Of a DNA stretch of 64,000 nucleotides, positions 24,677 to 38,569 are shown piece after piece. A program made the position numbers and the translations under genes. The stretch covers positions 16,058,001 through 16,122,000 of the forward strand of contig CM120645.1 in NCBI GenBank assembly GCA_051362555.1. Reading direction: 5' to 3'. Origin of the DNA: Lingula anatina. Taxonomy: Eukaryota > Animalia > Brachiopoda. The notes under the pieces were generated by a model. That model was not told the origin of the DNA and searched no databases. It saw nothing but the letters and a program-made list of their open reading frames with translations. The first letter of the stretch is position 1, and every line of letters starts with the position of its first letter.

Positions 24677-26563
24677 TAAGAAACGTTTCACGGCTAAATG
24701 CGAGCTTCGTTAATGGCTAAAAAAAAAAAAAGAAATGCAAAGCCCTAAATATGTCTGAAAACATTTTTGTGAAACGTCGACCTTTCCCCATAAATTTTAA
24801 TCAAAGGCATATTTTAATTAAATGTCGTTAATATGCTATTTTTACAGACCATCTTTGTACTACTTTTGTGATGTCATGCCAAACTTTAAAAATATCAAAT
24901 TTCTTTTTTAAGGGGGTGGGGATGGGGGCAGGGCACTGAATTGGCTCAAGCAGAATTCCTTTCACTGGTTCCGCCATTGAATGCCATAAAACAATTTATT
25001 CTTAAAAAAGATTGGAACAAACGAGGAAAGTGTGAATGAAGTGTTACTCTCTACAAGCAATGCCGCGACGTGTGGCGTTCGATCAAACAAACAAAGCTCA
25101 AGCAACAGGTGAGCAAAGTTAAGCAATTGATTGCAATGGTCAACATAGGAAGGTGATACACCTGTCAAATACAGTTTCACCCTTAAAATGTTTTATCAAA
25201 TGTTTGACGTAGCTAAACAGGAATGTCTCTCCAACGCTGTGATTGATTACAAATCAATATTTGTAGCGTAGCCGATGGCGCACCATCCATGATAAGTAAA
25301 ACTTCGACATTGTCGGAGGCATGCATCCTCATGGGTCTTATGATTCAGTAAATATCTTTGTACGATAAGGACAACAGCGTCTGTATTATAAGATGTGTTT
25401 ATCGGAAAACCTTTCGACCTCAGATGAGAAACTGAGTTTGCAGGGGGCAAAAAGAGTCTAAAAATTTTCCATTAAATTAATTTGGCGATTGGAAAGTTTT
25501 TAGAATTACACAGTGCGATATTTTTCATTTTCACACAAACGTCTTTTAAAATGCTTGCGAGTAGTTCGAGCTTTTCTTTACATTCTTTTCTTCAAAATAT
25601 TTAAGTCACTGCAAATACTCAAATGCATTTGATCAATTATTTTATTATTAACACACGTGAAATTATCCATTCACCTGTAATAGAACAACAACAGTAGTAT
25701 TCGCATGGGCTAGGGTTGTAATCACCAGCCAGATAACAACCAAATTAATAAGTTTTGTGCACATCTGATACCAGGAAGGTCATTATTATCGTGCCCTTAT
25801 TTACAATTTGATTTCAATTTGGAAGCAATGAATGTCAGTCATCACGTAGGCACGTCTTAGGTTGATGTGATATCAGGGCAACGCGAGACCTCAGGCGCCC
25901 CTACACAAACAAGAAGTATAAGCCAGATTCTGGAAAGTCAATGAACAGTGCAGGGTCGCACGTCACAGTTAGCCTTTTACACGCTCGTTCAACTGATATG
26001 ATGCGAGGTTTACACAGTACATTTCAGTTACTCCAGCAAGAAGGCTAATCAAATGAATTTAATTTCAGTGAGTTACACAGTCGCACACACAACATACCAC
26101 ATGTCATAGGGGTTCGTTGTGATCAGAAGTTCACTCAAATGTTTATCGAAAAAATCCTTAAATGTTAGGATAAAACAAAGAAGCGTGTCCGCTGATGGGG
26201 AGTCAGTTTGTGTACAATATACCGATCGTCAGCTATATAACGATCGAATTATCGTCCGTCAAAACAATGCCAAGTCATACAAAAGATACCAAGTTCACGC
26301 TAGAAACATTCGTATTCGCTCAATGTCAGAAGAGGACGAGCGAAGGACAAACTGGAAACAGTTTATCACGTATTCAAGGACATCTGTCAGATTTTAAATT
26401 GAATGCTTTTCATGACGAGAGCCTACTTTTATATATTAAACGCCAGTTGCGAGGAACTCGGCAGAAAATTGCAACTGCTTTTCATGCGTGCTGCACTTGT
26501 GTTTTACACAATCTATCACTTAAATATTTTGTAAGAGGCGCGAGCCATGAAACGAAATTAAAA

Positions 26564-26564
<1 letters not shown>

Positions 26565-26616
<52 letters not shown>
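26565..26616. repeat. (TA)n microsatellite
   Basis: Directly visible run. Confidence 0.95.
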
Positions 26617-26620
<4 letters not shown>

Positions 26621-29600
26621 TGTAGATAAATAAGTAACTGACTTGCGTATTTTGATAAAATAGATTTTAATAAATTGATGAAATCTAAGATAGTGGTATT
26701 TCAGAGAAAATATCACCACCTGCTCCCCTCTAGCATTTTAATTTTTAACAATTAACAATTAAAATTGTTCGAAGTTAAAATGAGTAAGATGGAGCTCGAG
26801 GTGGGTAAAAGTTCTAGTAGGGGAGTGTTGAGTCGGCCCTTTAAAACTTAAAAAAATCCAAACCCTGCGATTGAACCGCTTATGACCGAGCGCGTTTATT
26901 TTTGAATATAGGGGCGTGTACGATTGCGTTGTTGCAGAGAGTTAAATGTTGGGTGTAGATGAAAGTCACTCATTTCTTCGATGAACAAGAGGTAAAGGGT
27001 TACTTGGGTTGAGCAGAAAGCAAAATTAGACCACTGATTAAGGTAATCCGAAGCACGTGCCCATTTTGGTGAGTCAATTAACTTGGCTCTGTCTTCTGTC
27101 TTCTTGTGGCGGATCTTTAAGGGTCGGGTGTGGGCTTCGAAATTAAAATGCAGTGAATTTGAACCACAAGCCATAGTGTCCAAGCATCGGTTAATGTTGC
27201 ATTGCATATACTGCATTTTATTTCCAAATGTAACATAAAACGGCAACAATCACACATGTCACCAAATAAATACAGCATCTAAATGAAGTAAAACTTTCAT
27301 ATAAAATAAAATGGAGAACCTACTGACAGGACAATTTTTACTTGTTAGAAACAGAAAACTATCGAAGCCTACTGTCTGGTGTCATGTTTAGAAATTATTA
27401 TCTAGACATTTCGAGGTAGTGATTCTAAATTTTGACAAAAAATATTATCTCAAAATTTCGATTAATTTTGAAATTTGGACAAAAAATAATTACCTCGAAA
27501 CATTTCTGTATGTGTTATGTTGCAAATTAAACATGACCTTAGCATAACTCCAGATTTTCCGCCGAATGATTGCACAGAACCCCGCAAATATCCCGCTCTA
27601 CTGTCGAGTCATCGTTTAAGAGGCTGGTAGGTGCTGTTAAAATGGACTCATTCCCACAAGGCCTCACGCTGAAATTCTGTATTCTACTTTAGGAGCCCCT
27701 GATTTCAGTGGGTTTCATTGCCTTTTTGTGTTGTAATACTCTAATGAGGTGTTCGTACATGTATTTGATTTTATTTACGACCGAGATGATCTAAAACATC
27801 CAATTTGAAGATGTGCAGCTTAGTTCCTACGGGCTAAATCTAAGAAAAAAACTTTTATTTTTATGCTTTCATTCTAAGAACATTCATGCATCGAAATGAA
27901 TGTACTTGAAAGATTATCGGCACAATAGCTACATCGCATCAAATCGCTATCAAATCATCTAGACCGAGTCCCCTTAATCGACAGTTATGTGAACAAATTT
28001 TGATTGGAACTTTGGGGATTCCGAGTCTTAAGCCGACTTGTGAGCACCCCCCCCCCCCCCCCCCCCCCCCAGTTAATCTATTTATGTTCTTAGGCAAAAA
28101 AATCTGATGGAAATATGAAATATTATATTTTGGTACCTAATTTGCACAATTTATACTAATTATGCTAATTTATACATCGATAGTGCATGTCACCACGGTT
28201 TAAAAATTATCTTGGCCCAAGGAACTTTCCACGCGTTGTCCCTCGACAGGTTGAATTAACGGTCTTCCTTTTAAGTAGGTCCGCCATATCTAGGTCGCGG
28301 TCTTACTAGAACTCGGTTCTTCTCAGTCTGAATGGTCCCTTAGGCATCTGTACTATAAATCGTCGTCTGACCCCTTAACAAGCCTACTAGTTAGGCTAAA
28401 TCAAAGGCTTCCGATTCCGATACGTATATCAGTAAAGCATGAATAGGTGAAAAGGGGCATTTAATAGCTGCAGCATCAATGATTACTCTATTCACTCAAT
28501 GATTAGATTAAATGAGTAAAAAAAATCAAGATCATATTGTAAGTCATCGAACAGTAAAGTAAGCCCCCCAGGAGCCTGCAGATGTTCTTCCAAGACCAAC
28601 ATGCTGTGTTCACGTCTTGCATTGGAGGCCTCCTCACCCCCCCCCCCCCCCAACACACACACAAAACAATTAGACAAAAAACGACACTAGCTTCTCAGTG
28701 ACAGAGTCGTTATTTCGATTGTATTAAATCAAACTTAGTCGGTAATATTGTTATAATTGACCTATGTTCTCAATTTGTATGTGCATATTTTCCGCCGTAT
28801 TTTATTCCCCGTTAGTTGCTCCCTTTGAATCTTTTATCCACACTCTCTGGCTTATTGAAATAAGACTCAAAGTCATTGACTGTTAAAATAATTGTTTTCA
28901 TTAAAACAACAAAACAATGATTATTAATTTTCAATAGTTTCGAATTGCTAGGTTCCTTCTTTAAAATAAAAATTTGAATATTTTCTTGAGTTAATAGAAT
29001 TAAAAAAACATGCGCCCTACACCAACAAAACATTACATCACTGCTCAATATTGCGATTTATATAAGGGAAGGATGTGTGCTAAGCATATACAAAAACACT
29101 AAGTCTTAAAGTTGCGTATCTATCGCCCTGCATACAAAACCAATTGGCATCACTGTACACAAGCTAGAGTGGGTTCCTAACGGTTAGAGCTTTTCTAGAT
29201 AAAGTACATTATATATGTGTTTCCAAGGAAAATTCACTGAAAATACAAAAGTTATATTGTTAAAATAGGTTGATCCGCTAGTGTACAAGTCAATAGACTA
29301 AAAAAATATCACTGAAAATGTAAATCTTAATAATTAGTTTATAACACATACAAATACTAACAAACAAAAACATAGGTTTTCATCCCCAGAAATGCACTGC
29401 ATGACGTCATGCTTAGTCCACTGCGCATGCGTACACCTTTAATGAGTTGCTAGATTGCCAAAGGAAAATGAATGGGTTTACGATTCGTGGGTAATTCGTG
29501 ATAATTGACAAACTAACGGTCTGATGCCGATAGACAGCAACGTTGTGCTATGCTTCAAGCAACTCCTGACCAAATATCGATAGGGTTTTAAAAAATTCTG

Positions 29601-30689
29601 TTGTACACACGTACTAAGAAGTTTGCCGTGTATTGCCTAGCCTACCCTCAGCAAAACGCACATATTTTCAGAAATAGTGATTTTAGACGGTAGATTCACT
29701 CAGAAACAAAGGCAAACTAATTCGTTGCCGATAGCACCAGCAGATAGAAGCACCATACAGAGTCTGATAAAAAACTTTCATGGCAATTGAAGAACTTTTA
29801 CCACTGTACAATGGAGTCCAAAAAAGCACTTGGCACAAATGTGAAACTGCCCAGTGCAAGGCCAATAATTCTATCAGTATTTTCAATCATATTATCAGAT
29901 TCTACATAAATTGACTGACAATATCACTACTCAGTATTTAACTAATCTCTTAATCCATAATTCCTATCATCATTTAATAATAATGCAAAATTCTTCTTTC
30001 AGATTGCTATTTATTTTAAATTTTAATGCTGCAACTGTTCCAAAATAATCTTGTAGTAAAGGAAAAATGCAAATAAGAAGTGGAAGACCAATTTTACCCA
30101 CATTATTTAATTATTTGAATATAAAAAGTATAAGATCACGATTTAACAAATTAAAATAATCTTTCATGAACTCTTTCATGAATAACATATTAAACAAAAT
30201 TAAAGTTATAAATTAGTGGCAGTGGCTTATTCTGGAATATATGACCTCTGCACATCAGTACCTGACTTGGTCCAGTATAGTTACTACTTGTATACAGAGT
30301 TAGATTTAATAATGTAACAATAAGAACAATATACAGACTTGACATTTAATATGGAATATTTCAGTTTTAAAGGTATACCTAGGTAAAAATGCGTTCTTTA
30401 TTGAAAAAACTCAGATCTCATATAAGATATCAGACTGGGGAAGTATGAAGAAAGGTGTGTCTCTACCAATTAACTGATTACCAAGTCTGATGCACTGCTG
30501 CGTTGTTAAATACGCATTGATTTAATTGGGTGGTGCTCCTTTGAGCTGGTCAAAGCTTGGCTTTGGCGAGGCATGGTTCTGTCAAAAAAGTATCCATATG
30601 TCGGCAACCATTGCATAGAAGAATTTGAAATTTTGCATGCAAGCGGTCGGTTTTGCAGTGCGTAAAATGAGTTAAGCACTGTTTTTCAA

Positions 30690-30860
30690 AATCGTTAAAC
30701 TGTGCCAGAATGGCGCGAAAAAGACAGACATTGCCAGACAGATTATTGCCCCAAAAGGAACGGTCCGCACAGTTTCACAGAGTAATGCCCAAGCTTATGT
30801 ACCAACACAGACACCACGTCCAATGTATCAATATCTTACAACCAGAATACAGGACTCAAT
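30690..30860 (+). mobile_element. Old Tc1-like transposase N-terminal fragment
   Basis: AGAATGGCGCGAAAAAGACAGACATTGCCAGACA...GGAACGGT resembles the 5' coding region of the Tc1 copies at 34.6 kb and 37.3 kb. Confidence 0.4.
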
Positions 30861-32924
30861 GTCCTTCAGGATATGCTGCTGCAATTAAACCAAACCACCC
30901 AGTCCGTTTTAAATGAGGGGCAAATTGTCACCAAAACGCGTTTTTCAAGGCTCTTAGCGAACACCAAACTGGTTTAAGCAGATTAGGATACCAGCCCACC
31001 TCTGAGGAGGCCACTGTAAACAGCAAAACAGCGTAGTCTGTTTCTCTTATGAATTGGGGACCATGACCGTTTCTGGGTAGAACACTGAAACCGCGTTGTT
31101 TTTTTTATTGAGGTCAGATTTCACCTGTACCGCTAAATTGGTCAAAAAAGAGTTTACGGACATCTTCAAGAGGCCTACGACAAGATGTGTGCCCCTTCTG
31201 AAATGACTAGGGCCATTGACAGCGTCAATATTTGGAGTTGATACCACATTGGTGCCAAAACAGCAATGGAAGTCATCGATTAAAACCTGAACCAGATCAA
31301 ATAAAGGAATAATCTGGGAACCACTTGACTATCATTTGATAGGGGCACCTTAGGAACAGTTTTAGGTTGCACGATCAGATTGCTGGTTCACACAGAGCAC
31401 TTTTAATAGAAGATAACTTACAGAACCAAGGGAATGAGCAGCTACCTTGGTCATCAAAATCGCCATATTTGAACCACTTTAACAATATGTGGTTAGGTCA
31501 ATAGTCGCTAAATCAACGGCCTGCATGTCCTACAACAAAACTGAACCAAATTGGACAAGCTTTAACCGTTGCCTGGAATTTTATTCCAGATTAAATTCTA
31601 AAAAAAATATCGCAAGAAATGCCTTGCCTCTTGAAAGCTCTGGTAGCAGAAAGATAAGGTCAGGCATAGCGGCGACCGTTACTGTGACTAGACACTGACA
31701 TGAAGGTCCTTTGTGGGTCGTGTAACTCTTTTAAAGACGATAATTTGGAAAATATGGAGATCCAAAATATCGCTTTCAATGGTTGTCGTATGACTTAAAA
31801 TTGGCAATGTATTTTTGTTTGCATCATTGGCGAAGTCAATTAAAGAACTGATGTCACAATGACGTGGAACAGTTTATCAGAAGTTATTAAAACACGATTT
31901 TGATCCTAATTTTCATTTATCAGTCGGCAAAATAGGAAAAAAAACTGATGAATAATGATTTGGAAAAAATATTCCATATTAAATGTCAAGTCTGTATATT
32001 ACAATAAACTTCTCTGCACATGTCAGACGCTTGTTACCATGAACTAACACTACTTGACAATGGGCTGAGCACTTATCACAGAGTCTGTGTGCGATGCCAT
32101 TGTTGTGCTGTGATTGGCTAGTTGAGTCACGTGAAGCCCTACTGTAGCGCCCTCGCGTATCGCGTGAATGCTGCGCATTTCTGGCCATGAATTTGTATTA
32201 AAACACGAATTCAAAGATGAATCATCATTAGACAAGTACCTGGCATAATCTTTGCATGAATATATGTGGCTACTCTGTGCAAAATCTAGGCAATTAAATC
32301 AAAAGCTACATAGCATCGCCCCCTTTAATGAATATCATATTTTTTAATATGATATTCAAACGATCAAAACACTCTATATTTAATACGCGCACCATTAGTA
32401 ACTTGTTCTGCCTCTCCAGAAAAGGCATTTGTAAACATGTTTGATGACAATTAACACCATCACACAGCAGTTCCTTTTCGGTTCAGTAAATCCTTTATAT
32501 CATGCATCTGATCCCTCCAGACTTTTATGGCGATTTCCCCGGAGAGACAAGCCCTCATGGTCTTCTCCCAATATGCCCCCAAGGTCGGGTCCATTTTACC
32601 AGTTTCAAACTCCAGGGGGAAGTTGCCCTGCCTGATTCCAGCATTGAAGACCCTAACTACAAGATTTCTGTGGACTTTGTACACATGTACATTATGCCAT
32701 ATTTCCCACATCATGAGTCCAAGGGCGTAGATGTTGGCATCTGCATCGTAAGGTTTGGTGCCAGCAAGGACGCTCTAGGGAAGATAAACCATAGACCCTA
32801 TGGTGGAGTTGGGATCTGGGGGTGACATCGTGACAGGCTTGCTAATGTTCACTAACTTCACGGTTTTATCACTCCCAGCCTATAAAAAATTATAATGGAC
32901 CGTTCAGAAGGAATTTGGTCGCAA

Positions 32925-33700
32925 CAGCTTATGACCCCCCCCCCCCCCCCCCAAGGACAATGCCCACCCGGACGACCGCCCTGTCCTCCAAAGAACATAT
33001 TTTCATATACAAATATAATGTAAAGAGTATAAAGTTCAAAACATTCCATCCATTACATTTACATTTTAGTGTGATAATACAACTTCATCGTTAAACGAAG
33101 TATTTTATAACAAATCCCTATTTTATTGAGTATAAGTAGAGAAAGTATTATTAAATATTTAATCAAAGTATAACCACCTATTCTCCAGGTAAAGGTTGGT
33201 AAAGGTGGGGTAAACATATGAACAGGTTAACATAATTTTAAATTTATTTTTTTTTTTAGTACGGTGGGAGGTGAGTAGGTGGATAGTAGTCAAGCAGTTA
33301 AAAGTGACAGATAATCAAAGGGATACCTGTATGAGTGGGAGAATCTGTTTACCCCACCTCTCCCTAGAGATGCACCTTACTTAATCCGGGGGACGGGTTT
33401 AATTAAGCAATTAAAAGTAACACTTAATTCATCAACGGGTTACCTGGATGTGTGAGATCATTTGTTTAGCCCACTTTACTTGGAGATATACTTTGATTAG
33501 ATTTTTAATAAAATTTTCTGTACTTGTACTACATTAAAATAATTTGTTTAATGAATTTAATATTCTCTATCTTTGAGTTGCACCATCACACTAAGAACTA
33601 TTCATACAAAAATGAAAAGATTTGAGCTTCATACTCTTTACTTTATATTTGAATATAAATATATATTCTTCGAAGGGGGGGGGGGGATTGTCCTGGTACC
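32925..33700. mobile_element. MITE with long imperfect TIRs (GGACAAT-CCCCC type ends), copy 1
   Basis: AGGACAAT...poly-C and poly-G...ATTGTCCT ends with ~150-bp imperfect inverted arms. Collinear with 35017-36941. Confidence 0.65.
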
Positions 33701-33829
33701 TGTACACCATACCTTGTACAAGGCTGTGGGTTCGAGACTATACATCTGTTCCTTGTAATGCTTTTTGCGCTCTATGTCAAAAAGGAACAAAATCAAACTA
33801 AATAACAAGAGAAAAGAGAATTCAATATC

Positions 33830-33886
<57 letters not shown>

Positions 33887-33888
33887 TT

Positions 33889-35004
33889 TCAATTGGGTTC
33901 ATATCTGGAGAGCTTGCAGGCCAGGGCAGTTGCTGAACTCATTGGTTTCGAAGAAAAACAGTGATTTTGAGATCTCGATGTGGGTTTGCGCAGTCGTCAT
34001 GGTACACAAAGTTGTTCCTGAAGATGACTTTTACAAATCGAAGCATTGTTTGCTGTAGAATGGCTCTGTAGGAACCCTGGTTGAGGTTGCCTCCAAGAAA
34101 AAACCAACTGGTTCTGGGCACCGGCATGAAATGCTCCCCAAACATAGACGTTAACACCCCCTGCTTGTACCCTAGGCAGTACACATTTATCGTTTTATGC
34201 CTCTCGCACACGTCGGCAGATATGGATTCGACCGCCAACTCTAAAAACTCCATATCTGGCCTCATCACCGAAATGGACGCGATTCCAGTGTTTTGGCTGG
34301 AAACGCACGTGGTCCCCAGCCCATTGCAGACGTCGCTGTATATGACCTGCTGTTAACAGTGGTTTACCTACTGGTCTTCGTGCAAAATAGTCGACTTGCA
34401 GAAATCTCTTGTTCACGAGGGACCTTGAAACGGGCGATTGAATGGCATTCTGCCACTCTTTTCTGAGGACACTGGTTGTCTTTGTACGACCAGCACGGCG
34501 CACTCTAAGGAGAAGCCAATCCTGTCTTCTTGGTGTGATACGCGGACACCCTGGTCGAGGTATTAGAGTAGGTGCCCCTGTTGTAGCATTTCTTGGGATG
34601 ACTTTACTAACGGTTCCTGATAAATTTTTTGCATTGCCTGGCAATGGCTGTCCGTTTCTGGCCATTTTTCTGAGAGCAAAAATCCCATAGTAAGCTGCAT
34701 TGTTTAGCTGTCGAACCATATCTTCCCTAAGGTACCTGTCAAGTTTCAGAGCGATCTCTTTGTTGCTTCTCTAAATACATTTCAAAGATTGGCCAAACCC
34801 ATACGTTTTTACACAAGGGCAGAATTTGCTGAAAAGACCACCCCTCACAATTATGACCACAGAACATGCAACTGCATGCATCAATTGTTTAGACATTTGT
34901 GTGGTAATTAGGTAACACACCTTGCTACTCATGGGGTGACACCTCAGTTTTGGATTTAAAGTAGTTGTAAAATTTTCTCGCCAATATATTAAGTAGTAAC
35001 CCTG
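33889..35004 (-). mobile_element. Tc1 (DD34E) transposon, 3'-truncated, defective
   Basis: Starts TA|CAGGGTTACTACTTAA. Transposase motifs GCPRIT, ARRPVGKPLL, FGDEARY, DCANPH, WPASSPDMNPIE with 34-residue D-E spacing. Contains stops and frameshifts and breaks off into an A/(TA)n tract. Confidence 0.9.
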
Positions 35005-35016
35005 TAGATATGATTC

Positions 35017-36941
35017 GAGGACAATCCCCCCCCCGACAATCCCCCCCAAGAAATATATATATTTATATTAAGTATAAAGTGTAAAGTTTAAAATATTTCA
35101 TCCAATGTTTTAATATTTTTAGTGTGATAATACAACTTCATCATGAAACAAATCATTTTATAACAAATTCCCTTTTCATTGAGTACAAGCTTAAGTACAG
35201 GAAGATTTATTAAATATCTAATCGAAGTATAACCACCTATCCTTCAGGTAAAGGGGGGTAAACAGATAAACAGCTATACAGATATTTTATGAATATTTTA
35301 GTGTGGTGCCCCTGGGTAGTGGTCAAGCAAATAAAAGTGACAAATAGTCAAAGGAATACCTGGATAAGCGAGAAAATTTGTTTACCCCACCTCCCCCTAG
35401 AGATACACCTTGAGACTTACTCAATCAAAGGGGGAGTAATAAAGCAATTAAAAGCAACAGTTAATTCATCAAAGGGTTAAAACCCCCTTTACACTGGACG
35501 GCGTCCTTTCTGCGTCCTTTGTGCGACCATGAAACTGGTCAGGACGCCGTCGGACGCTCAAAGAACACACAGTGATCGCCAAGGTCGCACAAAGAACGTT
35601 CAAGCATCGCCGAGGACGCCATGGACGCCGCGAAGTTTTGAGCATGTTCAAAACAATCGCAGAGAGAACGCGATGGAGGATGGTCGCTCAATGGACGCAG
35701 AAAGGACGGACAAGCATCGACGTAGTCGCAGAGAGGACGCACAAGCATCGCCGCGTCGCAGAAAGGAGGCACAAGCATCGCTTTGGTTGCAGAATGAAAA
35801 CTCAAAGATCGTCCAGTGTTCGGCACGTAAAACATTTTTTTTCACTCTCAAACGGCGCCGTGCTGAGGTATTTTTCACCAGACAGGAATTCTAATGGCAA
35901 CAGTGGTCTCATATCAGCCTCCGACTGTTTTTATCCCTAAAAATCATGAAACCATCCATTTTTTAGCTTATTATAAAACAAATATTTTGCCTTTTTTTAC
36001 AAGATGCATTAATTGCCAGAACTTTTTGCAGAATGCGTCTTTTGAAAACGGGTTCAAATATTCTATGTTGTGTCAGTCACGCTTTCTCGTTTTCGGCGCC
36101 TGTCCACCCTTCATATAAGGATAACAATGAGCATCTGGCTGATTATCAGTCCATGCAGACCTTGCATCACTATAGTTTAAAGCGTTTATTCCCATTTATT
36201 TGTTTTGTGTACTGGAAATGTTCCTTATTGGATGACCTGGTTAGAAACGATGAAAAAATTATTTAGAATATAGAGAAGGACGCCCAAACAACGCTCATCG
36301 GTCAAGCAGGGTGCAGAAAAATCGTAGAATAGACGCCACTGATCGCAGATGAAGGTACAGAGAACACAGCAAGAATGCTCAATGGTCGCTCAAACATCGC
36401 AATGGACGCCTTGGGTTGCACAGGGGACGTACAGTGGAGGCAGGCAGGTTGCTCGCAGTTTTACAGGTAAAATCAAGATTCGGTCGTTCCAAAGACGCAC
36501 AAGGGACGCAGACACGCCTTTACACTGAGACACGATTCAATTGCTTTGGCGACCGTTAAGCGTCCTGACCACATTTTTGGACGCAGAAGGGACGCAGAAA
36601 GGACGCCGTCCAGTGTAAAGAGCCCTTACCTGTTTGAGTGAGATCATCTGTTTACCCCTCCTTTACCTGGACATATATTTTGATTATATTTTTCATATCT
36701 TCTGTACTTCTATCTAAAAAAAATTTTATGTACTTGTACTCCATGAAAATAATTTTTTTAATAAAATTAATATTATCAATCCTTGAGTTGCATCATCACA
36801 CTAAGAAATATTCAGAAAATGGATGAAAAGATTTGAACTTTGTATTCTTTACTTTATATTTGTATATAAATATATATTCTTTGGGGGGGGGGGGGGTCGT
36901 CCGGGTGGAAATCGTCCGGGGAGGGGGGGGAATTGTCCTGA
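35017..36941. mobile_element. MITE with GGACAAT-type ends, copy 2, interrupted by a Harbinger-type element
   Basis: Collinear with 32925-33700 once 35480-36625 is removed. Confidence 0.65.
35480..36625. mobile_element. PIF/Harbinger-type non-autonomous element (1.15 kb)
   Basis: TIR TTTACACTGGACGGCGTCCTTTCTGCGTCC and its reverse complement, with a TTA TSD. The empty site GGGTTACCTG is visible in the paralogous MITE at ~33437. Confidence 0.85.
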
Positions 36942-36953
36942 TATATATATATA

Positions 36954-38569
36954 TGGTTACTACTTAACATGGAATATTATTTTTTGGCGAGTTAATTTTC
37001 TACAAAATATTAATTTTCTCTCTAAGTACTTTAAATTCAAAACTGAGGTGTCATTCCATGTGTAGCCATGTGTGTTACCTAATTACCACACAAATGTCTA
37101 AACAATTGATGCATGCAGTTGCATGTTCTGTGGTCAGTAATGTGAGGGGTGGACTTTTCGGCAATTTGTATAAAACGCATGGGTTTGGCCAATCTTTGGA
37201 TTGTATTTAGAGAAGCAACAAAGGGATCACTCTGAAACTTGGGAGGTACCTTAGAGAAGATAAGGTTTGACAGCTAAGCAACGCAGCGTACGATGGGATT
37301 CGTGCTGTTAGAGAAAATGTCCAGAAACGGACATCCATTGCCAGGCAATGCAACATTTATCAGGAACCGTTTGTTAAGTCCTCCAAAGAAATGCTACAAC
37401 AGGGGCACCTACTCTAATACCTCGACCAGGGTGTCCGCGTATCACACCAAGAAGACATGATTGGCTTCTCCTTAGAGTGCGCCGTGCTGGTCGTACAAAG
37501 ACAACCAGTGTCCTCAGAAAAGAGTGGCAGAATGCCATTCAATCGCCCGTTTCAAGGTCCCTCGTGAACAAGAGATTTCTGCAAGTCGACTATTTTGCAC
37601 GAAGACCAGTAGGTAAACCACTGTTAACAGCAGGTCATATACAGCGACGTCTGCAATGGGCTGGGGACCACGTGCGTTTCCAGCCAAAACACTGGAATCA
37701 CGTCGTTTTCGGTGATGAGGCCAGATATGGAGTTTTTAGGGTAGACGGTCGAATTCGTGTCCGACGACGTGTACAAGAGGCATAAAACGATGGTTGTGTA
37801 CTGCCTAGGGTGCAAGCGAGGGGTGGCAACGTCTATGTTTGGGGAGCATTTCATGCCGGTGCCCAGAACCAGTTGGTTTTTCTCGGAGGCAACCTCAACC
37901 AGGGTTCCTACAGAGACATTCTTCAGCAAACAATGCTTCGATTTGTAAGAGTCATCTTCACTAACAACTTTGTGTAAAAAGACGACTGTGCAACCCCACA
38001 TCGAGCTCGCAAAATCACTGTTTTTCTTCGAAACCAATGGGTTCAGCAACTCCCCTGGCCTGCAAACTCCCCAGATATGAACCCAATTGAAAATATGTGG
38101 GCGGAAGTAACTCACAGAATTAATAGCTATGGTCATCGGCCCGCAAATAGTGATGAAATACGACAGGTAAATATCAATGCGTGGAATGATATCCCCATCC
38201 AAACAAAAATCTTGTCACAGGATATGCCATGTAGGATGAGGGCGCTGCAAGCGGCCGTTGGAATTAAGTCATACCCGCTATTGATGACTTTTCATGATTT
38301 ACTGTAATGAGTTCTTTGACTGTGTAACATATCACTGTTCGAAGGCTATCATTTTCTTTAATACCTTAGCTTAAAATTAATACTGACATCAAACTGTTGA
38401 AATGGCTTTCTGGGGGTGTTCTTTCCTTTTGAATGACATCTTATGTCATATTTGATATTATTGACTAAAATATTTCACAATAGAAAACTGGATATCACTC
38501 ATCACTCAATGACATACTTTTTTGATGAATCAAGCCAAAAAAAAAAAAAAAATTAATAAGTAGTAACCA
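36954..38569 (+). mobile_element. Tc1 (DD34E) transposon, near full length, defective
   Basis: GGTTACTACTTA ... TAAGTAGTAACC inverted ends in (TA)n flanks. Transposase remnants ~37260-38290 include FGDEARY and WPANSPDMNPIENMW. Stop at 37783-37785. Confidence 0.9.

Larger units (their letters stand above)
24033..26746 (+). repeat. Segmental duplication copy 2 (paralogous to 10517-13624)
   Basis: See copy 1. Same orientation, about 13.5 kb apart. Confidence 0.85.

Noticed and set aside
26896-27249. 117-aa minus-strand ORF
   Set aside because: No recognisable domain, codon bias or splice context.
29399-29442. CRE palindrome GCATGACGTCATGC next to an NRF1-like TGCGCATGCG
   Set aside because: There is no adjacent gene start, and it lies next to a CCTTTAA end typical of Kolobok-like MITE termini. 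It cannot be supported as a host promoter.
35469-36266. Cluster of overlapping ORFs on both strands
   Set aside because: A by-product of the GC-rich GACGC-repetitive interior of the Harbinger-type element, with no transposase motifs.
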